Below the pieces are notes generated by a model. The model was not told the origin of the DNA and did no database searches. It saw only the letters and a list, made by a program, of their open reading frames with translations. From the NCBI GenBank assembly GCA_043827025.1, contig JBDRPL010000011.1, forward strand, positions 1 through 64,000: a DNA stretch of 64,000 nt. Reading direction: 5' to 3'. Within the stretch, counting starts at the first letter, position 1. Each line of letters starts with the position of its first letter. Origin of the DNA: Candidatus Micrarchaeota archaeon. GTDB taxonomy: Archaea > Micrarchaeota > Micrarchaeia > Anstonellales > Bilamarchaeaceae. A program made the position numbers and the translations under genes. Positions 59,643 through 64,000 of the stretch are shown here, one piece after another.

Positions 59643-59938
59643 TCCAAAAACTGAAGCTTTTCAAGAGTGCGCTTTCCAGCACCATGTCAGTGGAAAAACT
59701 GCTTTTTTTTGGGAGTAGGACCGAAGGAAAAGCGAAAAAATGGAGTGATGTTGATTTGATCATAGTTTCTCCAAATTTTAGAAAGAAAAGGCCTATGGAA
59801 CGAGGGCTCAAACTGTATGCCAAATGGAATATCGATTATCCTGTTGATTTTTTATGCTATACTCCTGAAGAATTCGAGAAGGCGAGCAAAAAAGTCGGAA
59901 TCATCTCTCACGCCCTGAAGTATGGAGTTGCCATCTAA
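59621..59938 (+). CDS. Minimal nucleotidyltransferase (MNT)
   Basis: FGSRTEG...SDVDL, YTPEEF. Confidence 0.9.
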   Translation: MGKKNTLIQKLKLFKSALSSTMSVEKLLFFGSRTEGKAKKWSDVDLIIVSPNFRKKRPMERGLKLYAKWNIDYPVDFLCYTPEEFEKASKKVGIISHALKYGVAI

Positions 59939-59940
59939 CT

Positions 59941-60387
59941 ATGGGCCTACCAAGAAGCTATAAATTCATAGACGAAATAACTTACGCAGATGTTGCATTC
60001 GAGGCAAATGGAATCAGTTTGGAAGAGTTGTTTACTGCCTGCGGTGAGGCAACAATTCGGACAATGGTAGAAAATCCTGAATCAATAGCCAAGAAGAAGA
60101 AAGTTTCAGTCAAGATTGAATCTGATACTTTGGAAAAGCTCCTCTACAATTTCCTAGACAAAATCCTTTTCTATAAGGATGCAGATTCTTTGGTATTCAA
60201 GTCATTCGAAATCAGGATTGTTGAAAAGGGAAACAAGAAATCGCTGTCTGTAATCATGAAAGGCGAGAAAATAGACATAAAGAAACACCATACCCTAGTA
60301 GACGTGAAAGCCGTCAGCTATCATAATTTCAAGCTGGAAAAAACAAAAGAAGGGATATGGAAGGCCTTTGTGATTCTTGACGTTTAA
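59941..60387 (+). CDS. Archease
   Basis: ADVAFEA.G..LEELF, VKAVSYH, C-terminal LDV. Confidence 0.93.
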   Translation: MGLPRSYKFIDEITYADVAFEANGISLEELFTACGEATIRTMVENPESIAKKKKVSVKIESDTLEKLLYNFLDKILFYKDADSLVFKSFEIRIVEKGNKKSLSVIMKGEKIDIKKHHTLVDVKAVSYHNFKLEKTKEGIWKAFVILDV

Positions 60388-60440
60388 TTTTTTTTAGCCC
60401 TATAGAAAGTATTTTTAAGCTCACCTCTGTAATCTACTCG

Positions 60441-61640
60441 ATGTCATCGAAGATTGCATTAGTGCTTTTGCTATTTTCAACAACTATTTTTGCTGCACCT
60501 TTGCCATTGCAAGACATCTCAGGTATTCTTTTTCCAGCCTCCATTGTCTTTACTGCTATAATGCTTGGCCTTGCATATATGCTCAGCGGAATGCTTGAGA
60601 ATCCACAGCTTGCAGGATGGGTCAAGATAGAAGTCAAGGAAGTCATAGCATCAGGAATAATAGTCCTTCTTGCCTTTATTCTCATAACAGGTTCCAAGCC
60701 ATTCGTTGGTGTTTTTACAGGACATGGGGATTATGTTGTTGCGATAAATGAGCGCGTTGACAAGTATATGTCAAACATGCAGGGCTCTTTTGATGATCTG
60801 ATAAAAGCGAATCATTATCTCACCTTGATGGCAGGGTATTATTACAGCACAGGGCCAAACTTTTTCTATTTCAGTTATTCATATACGGCAAGCCCGCTTA
60901 ATGGAGTCGGGCCTGTCTTATATTCATTATCACAGGCATCCGGAGGGCTTTCAAATGGCATGTTGGCTCTCAAGGTAATAGGCACCCTTGTAGTTTTCTT
61001 TTCATCAATTGCTACAACGCTCATGTTTGGTGTTTTTGCGCTTTGCATTTTTCCATTCACCCGAAGAATAGGCGTAACTCTGATTGCGCTTCTGATAGGT
61101 GCTTCAGTCATCTTTCCAATTGCAACATTGATTGTCTTTGATCTGCAGGATAATGCATTCACACCTAATGCAGATAGCCCTGCAAATATCTTGGCGCCTA
61201 GAATTTCGAATTGGGATGGTATTGAATTTTCTCTTCCTTGGGGGTTGAGCATACTCTGCAGCAAAGAATTTGAAGTTATGAAAGGACTCGTCTCTTTGAC
61301 AGAAGTTGTTTGGGGCATTGTTACTTGTATTCCATTCATTCCATATGGTTTTTATGCGTGTTATCAGGCAGTTACTGCAGCATGGTTCCCTGCTGCCCAG
61401 ATGGTAGTTTCAAACACCCTGAGTGTAGCCCTGCTTTCGTTTGGAGACACATTAACTGATTTCAATGCATCAGATATTCTGGGAGTATTAAGGCCATTCC
61501 TGGAAGGCATCAACAATCTCATGGTATTGATTTATGTGGATATGATATTGATTGCGATAATAACCATAGTTGCAACAAAGAGCGTTTCACAGGCGCTTGG
61601 CGGAGAATTCTATCTCTCAACATTGGAGAGGCTGGTCTGA
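60441..61640 (+). CDS. Polytopic membrane protein, CedA/VirB6-like paralog 1
   Basis: GLAYMLSG...P.L.GWVKIE; FPFTRRIGVTLIALLIG...IFP. Confidence 0.6.
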   Translation: MSSKIALVLLLFSTTIFAAPLPLQDISGILFPASIVFTAIMLGLAYMLSGMLENPQLAGWVKIEVKEVIASGIIVLLAFILITGSKPFVGVFTGHGDYVVAINERVDKYMSNMQGSFDDLIKANHYLTLMAGYYYSTGPNFFYFSYSYTASPLNGVGPVLYSLSQASGGLSNGMLALKVIGTLVVFFSSIATTLMFGVFALCIFPFTRRIGVTLIALLIGASVIFPIATLIVFDLQDNAFTPNADSPANILAPRISNWDGIEFSLPWGLSILCSKEFEVMKGLVSLTEVVWGIVTCIPFIPYGFYACYQAVTAAWFPAAQMVVSNTLSVALLSFGDTLTDFNASDILGVLRPFLEGINNLMVLIYVDMILIAIITIVATKSVSQALGGEFYLSTLERLV

Positions 61641-61641
61641 C

Positions 61642-62655
61642 ATGAAAACGAAACTTCTGCTCACACTCCTGTTTATGCTTTCTTTCTCCTACGCTGAGTC
61701 ACTTTCATGCTCATTGAATGCCATTGAGGCATTTCAATCAGGTGATATTGCAAGCTACGGCTTGATTGCAGTGATAATGCTTAATGTTGTGCTGATTGCG
61801 CTTGCGTATATGGCAGGCGAGGCATTCCATCTCCCTGAAGCTGCAATGTTTGCAAAGGACGAAAAGTTCCACCTTTTCTTCTCTATAATCCTGTTGTTAT
61901 GCTTCAATGCAATTTTATTTTTTTCATGTTCTGTTGCCCAGGGCTTTGTGGATTTTTCAATTGGCGCTGCACAAACTGCAAATCTAAATGTTGCCAGTCT
62001 GGGTGGGGCCAACATGGCTGATGCTGCGGCGAACGCACTCCTTTCCATTCAGCAGCAGGGCTACGCGATGCTAAATTATGTGGAAAAGAAAAGCATAGAT
62101 TACAAGATAGATTCTGCCTGGCTTTTCAGCAACACTTTGCCATTGCAGGGAACAGTTGCCACAGGTACTGATGCATACCGCAGGATATATGCAAACCAGC
62201 TTGATTCAATAATAGGAACTTTTCTTCTGCCTTCTATAACCATGATTGAACTCCAGCGCCTTTTCCTGATATTCATTAACCAGTATACAATACCTCTCTT
62301 GCTTCCGCTTGCATTCCTCTTTAGGATATTCATACCTACGAGGCACATGGGAAACCTTTTACTTGCTCTTTCAGTAGGCTTGGCAGTAGTGTTGCCAATG
62401 TTTTATCTAGTGAATCTTTCGATGATTGCGAATGTGCATAGTGCTGCGGCTTGCACAGCGCCTTCACTAGCAGCAGGAGTACCAACAGTTGCACAAGTTA
62501 TTGGTGATACTGTGAATGGGCCTTGTACAAGTGTTTCGAGTTTCTGGAATCTAGGGAAGCTTATTGCCCAGGCATTCTTCTTGCCTAACCTGACATTGGC
62601 GATATTCGTGACTTTCCTTTCTTCGGCGAATAAAGCATTGAGCGTGATTGGATGA
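61642..62655 (+). CDS. Polytopic membrane protein, CedA/VirB6-like paralog 2
   Basis: ALAYMAGEAFHLP..AMFAKDE; RIFIPTRHMGNLLLALSVG..VVLP; start ATG 61642. Confidence 0.6.
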   Translation: MKTKLLLTLLFMLSFSYAESLSCSLNAIEAFQSGDIASYGLIAVIMLNVVLIALAYMAGEAFHLPEAAMFAKDEKFHLFFSIILLLCFNAILFFSCSVAQGFVDFSIGAAQTANLNVASLGGANMADAAANALLSIQQQGYAMLNYVEKKSIDYKIDSAWLFSNTLPLQGTVATGTDAYRRIYANQLDSIIGTFLLPSITMIELQRLFLIFINQYTIPLLLPLAFLFRIFIPTRHMGNLLLALSVGLAVVLPMFYLVNLSMIANVHSAAACTAPSLAAGVPTVAQVIGDTVNGPCTSVSSFWNLGKLIAQAFFLPNLTLAIFVTFLSSANKALSVIG

Positions 62656-64000
62656 AACGAACTATATTGTTTATATTGCTGTTGCTTTTCGCAACCCTTA
62701 CATTTGCAGATGCAGTGCCTGCTGATCCCGGAAATATGGTCACTGTCACAACCACTGCGCAGAGCTCTGGATTCGAATTCGCCAACAGCTGGATGCAGAT
62801 TGCGCTGATATTGATAATGTTGATGCTCATCCTTGCATCAATTGCATTCATGTTCGGCAAAGCATTTAATCTTCCTAGCTTACTTGCATTTGCAAGGGTT
62901 GAAATAGTCCAGATCCTCACCAATGCACTTATCATTGTTTTCATATTTGCCATCATAACCTTTGTAGATGTCCTGATGGTGGGCTTAGTAAATGATAGTG
63001 GCCTGCCAGGAGTGACATGCGATGCGGATCAGTATTGTATTGGCGTGGTTGCAACTGCATATACTAATGACCTGGTGGATCTTATTGATTCAGACATCAA
63101 TTCAGATCTTGGCAAAAGCATCACTGCAGGAGCAGCTTCTGCAGAAAGCTCTGGCCTGAGCTGCCATAAATTGTTTGACCCTTGGTGGATTCCATGCTAT
63201 GGCTTCATGAGCGTTGGCTGGGCTACTGAAAGATATAAGTCAATGGATGTTGATAGGTATGCAATTGACCTTGAATACTACAATTCATATTTATCTTCGC
63301 TTCTTGCGCAGAAGTTTTTTGTGGAGAGGGTAATCCCTGCATTTGCACCATTCATCCTTTTCCTAGGCATAATCACGCGTTCATTCTTTGCCACAAGAAA
63401 ACTTGGCGGACTTTTGATAGCGATAGCATTAGGTGTGATGTTTGTTTTTCCGTTGATGTTTGTCTTCAATTGGATGAGCCTTAATATAATGTTGTATGGC
63501 GATAAGGCGATAGGCGGAAGCGAATCCAACTGTCCGTTGGAATGCCAGAAGGCGTTCCCTATTGCATATGATATCAATGATCCAGACAATCCAAAAATAT
63601 TCTATACGAAGGCAGAGTTGAGGTCTGGATTGGTGCAAGAAGGAGTTCCTGCGGACCAGTTAGAGCTAAAACTTGAGAACCTTATTGCAGGCCAGGAAGG
63701 CAATGAGAATATTGGCACAATCACTTCGTGCAATGCAACTTTCTATGCAAGCTGTCCACAGCTATGCAGGCAGCTTCCTTTGCCAACAGGTGCTTCATGT
63801 TGGGGTAATCTTGAAAGCGAAAAAGGTTGCAGTGCATATCCTGAAGAATGCAAGCTCAAGCAGATAATCGAAGATCCTGTTCCCGAGAAAGTGGAGTTGT
63901 GTGCAAGGGAAGGCGAAGCCAATCCCACATCAAGCTTCTGCAAGACTATTCTTCCCATGAAAAGCGATTGCGATATCGGGACTGCAAGATTTGTTTATAT
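62652..64000 (+). CDS. Polytopic membrane protein, paralog 3, with Cys-rich extension (runs off the window end)
   Basis: Translated by hand: MKRTILF..., IAFMFGKAFNLPSLLAFARVE, RSFFATRKLGGLLIAIALGVMFVFP, then CPLEC and CPQLC; absent from the ORF track. Confidence 0.7.
   Translation, partial: MKRTILFILLLLFATLTFADAVPADPGNMVTVTTTAQSSGFEFANSWMQIALILIMLMLILASIAFMFGKAFNLPSLLAFARVEIVQILTNALIIVFIFAIITFVDVLMVGLVNDSGLPGVTCDADQYCIGVVATAYTNDLVDLIDSDINSDLGKSITAGAASAESSGLSCHKLFDPWWIPCYGFMSVGWATERYKSMDVDRYAIDLEYYNSYLSSLLAQKFFVERVIPAFAPFILFLGIITRSFFATRKLGGLLIAIALGVMFVFPLMFVFNWMSLNIMLYGDKAIGGSESNCPLECQKAFPIAYDINDPDNPKIFYTKAELRSGLVQEGVPADQLELKLENLIAGQEGNENIGTITSCNATFYASCPQLCRQLPLPTGASCWGNLESEKGCSAYPEECKLKQIIEDPVPEKVELCAREGEANPTSSFCKTILPMKSDCDIGTARFVY

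Noticed and set aside
1..64000. CRISPR array, rRNA, tRNA, transposase or integrase
   Set aside because: None recognised by eye; short or intron-containing RNAs could be missed without tRNAscan or Infernal.

Overview
Gene-dense archaeal chromosomal window in the standard genetic code. Archaeal markers include aRF1, Rpp21, NMD3, HerA, Elp3, an EndA-like subunit, RtcB and archease; the gene mix suggests a DPANN/Micrarchaeota-like lineage (inference). It holds housekeeping and isoprenoid genes and a [NiFe]-hydrogenase region (compact group 4 membrane complex, group 3b-type pair, Ni/Co transporter, two maturation proteases). It also has separated RelA/SpoT-like synthetase and HD-hydrolase genes, a HEPN-MNT pair between rtcB and archease, and three tandem CedA/VirB6-like membrane paralogs. 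The standout is a diversity-generating retroelement (DGR) at about 15.7-18.4 kb. VR (16526-16610) and TR (17016-17148) differ at 15 of 85 aligned positions, all at TR adenines. The TR is split by a 48-nt in-frame hairpin absent from VR, and parts of that hairpin match target DNA just 3' of VR. No avd gene is present; a hairpin-rich non-coding leader occupies its position. The RT gene is frameshifted within an (AG)8 tract, a candidate ON/OFF switch. No tRNA, rRNA or CRISPR array was recognised. All calls come from reading motifs by eye; no searches were run.
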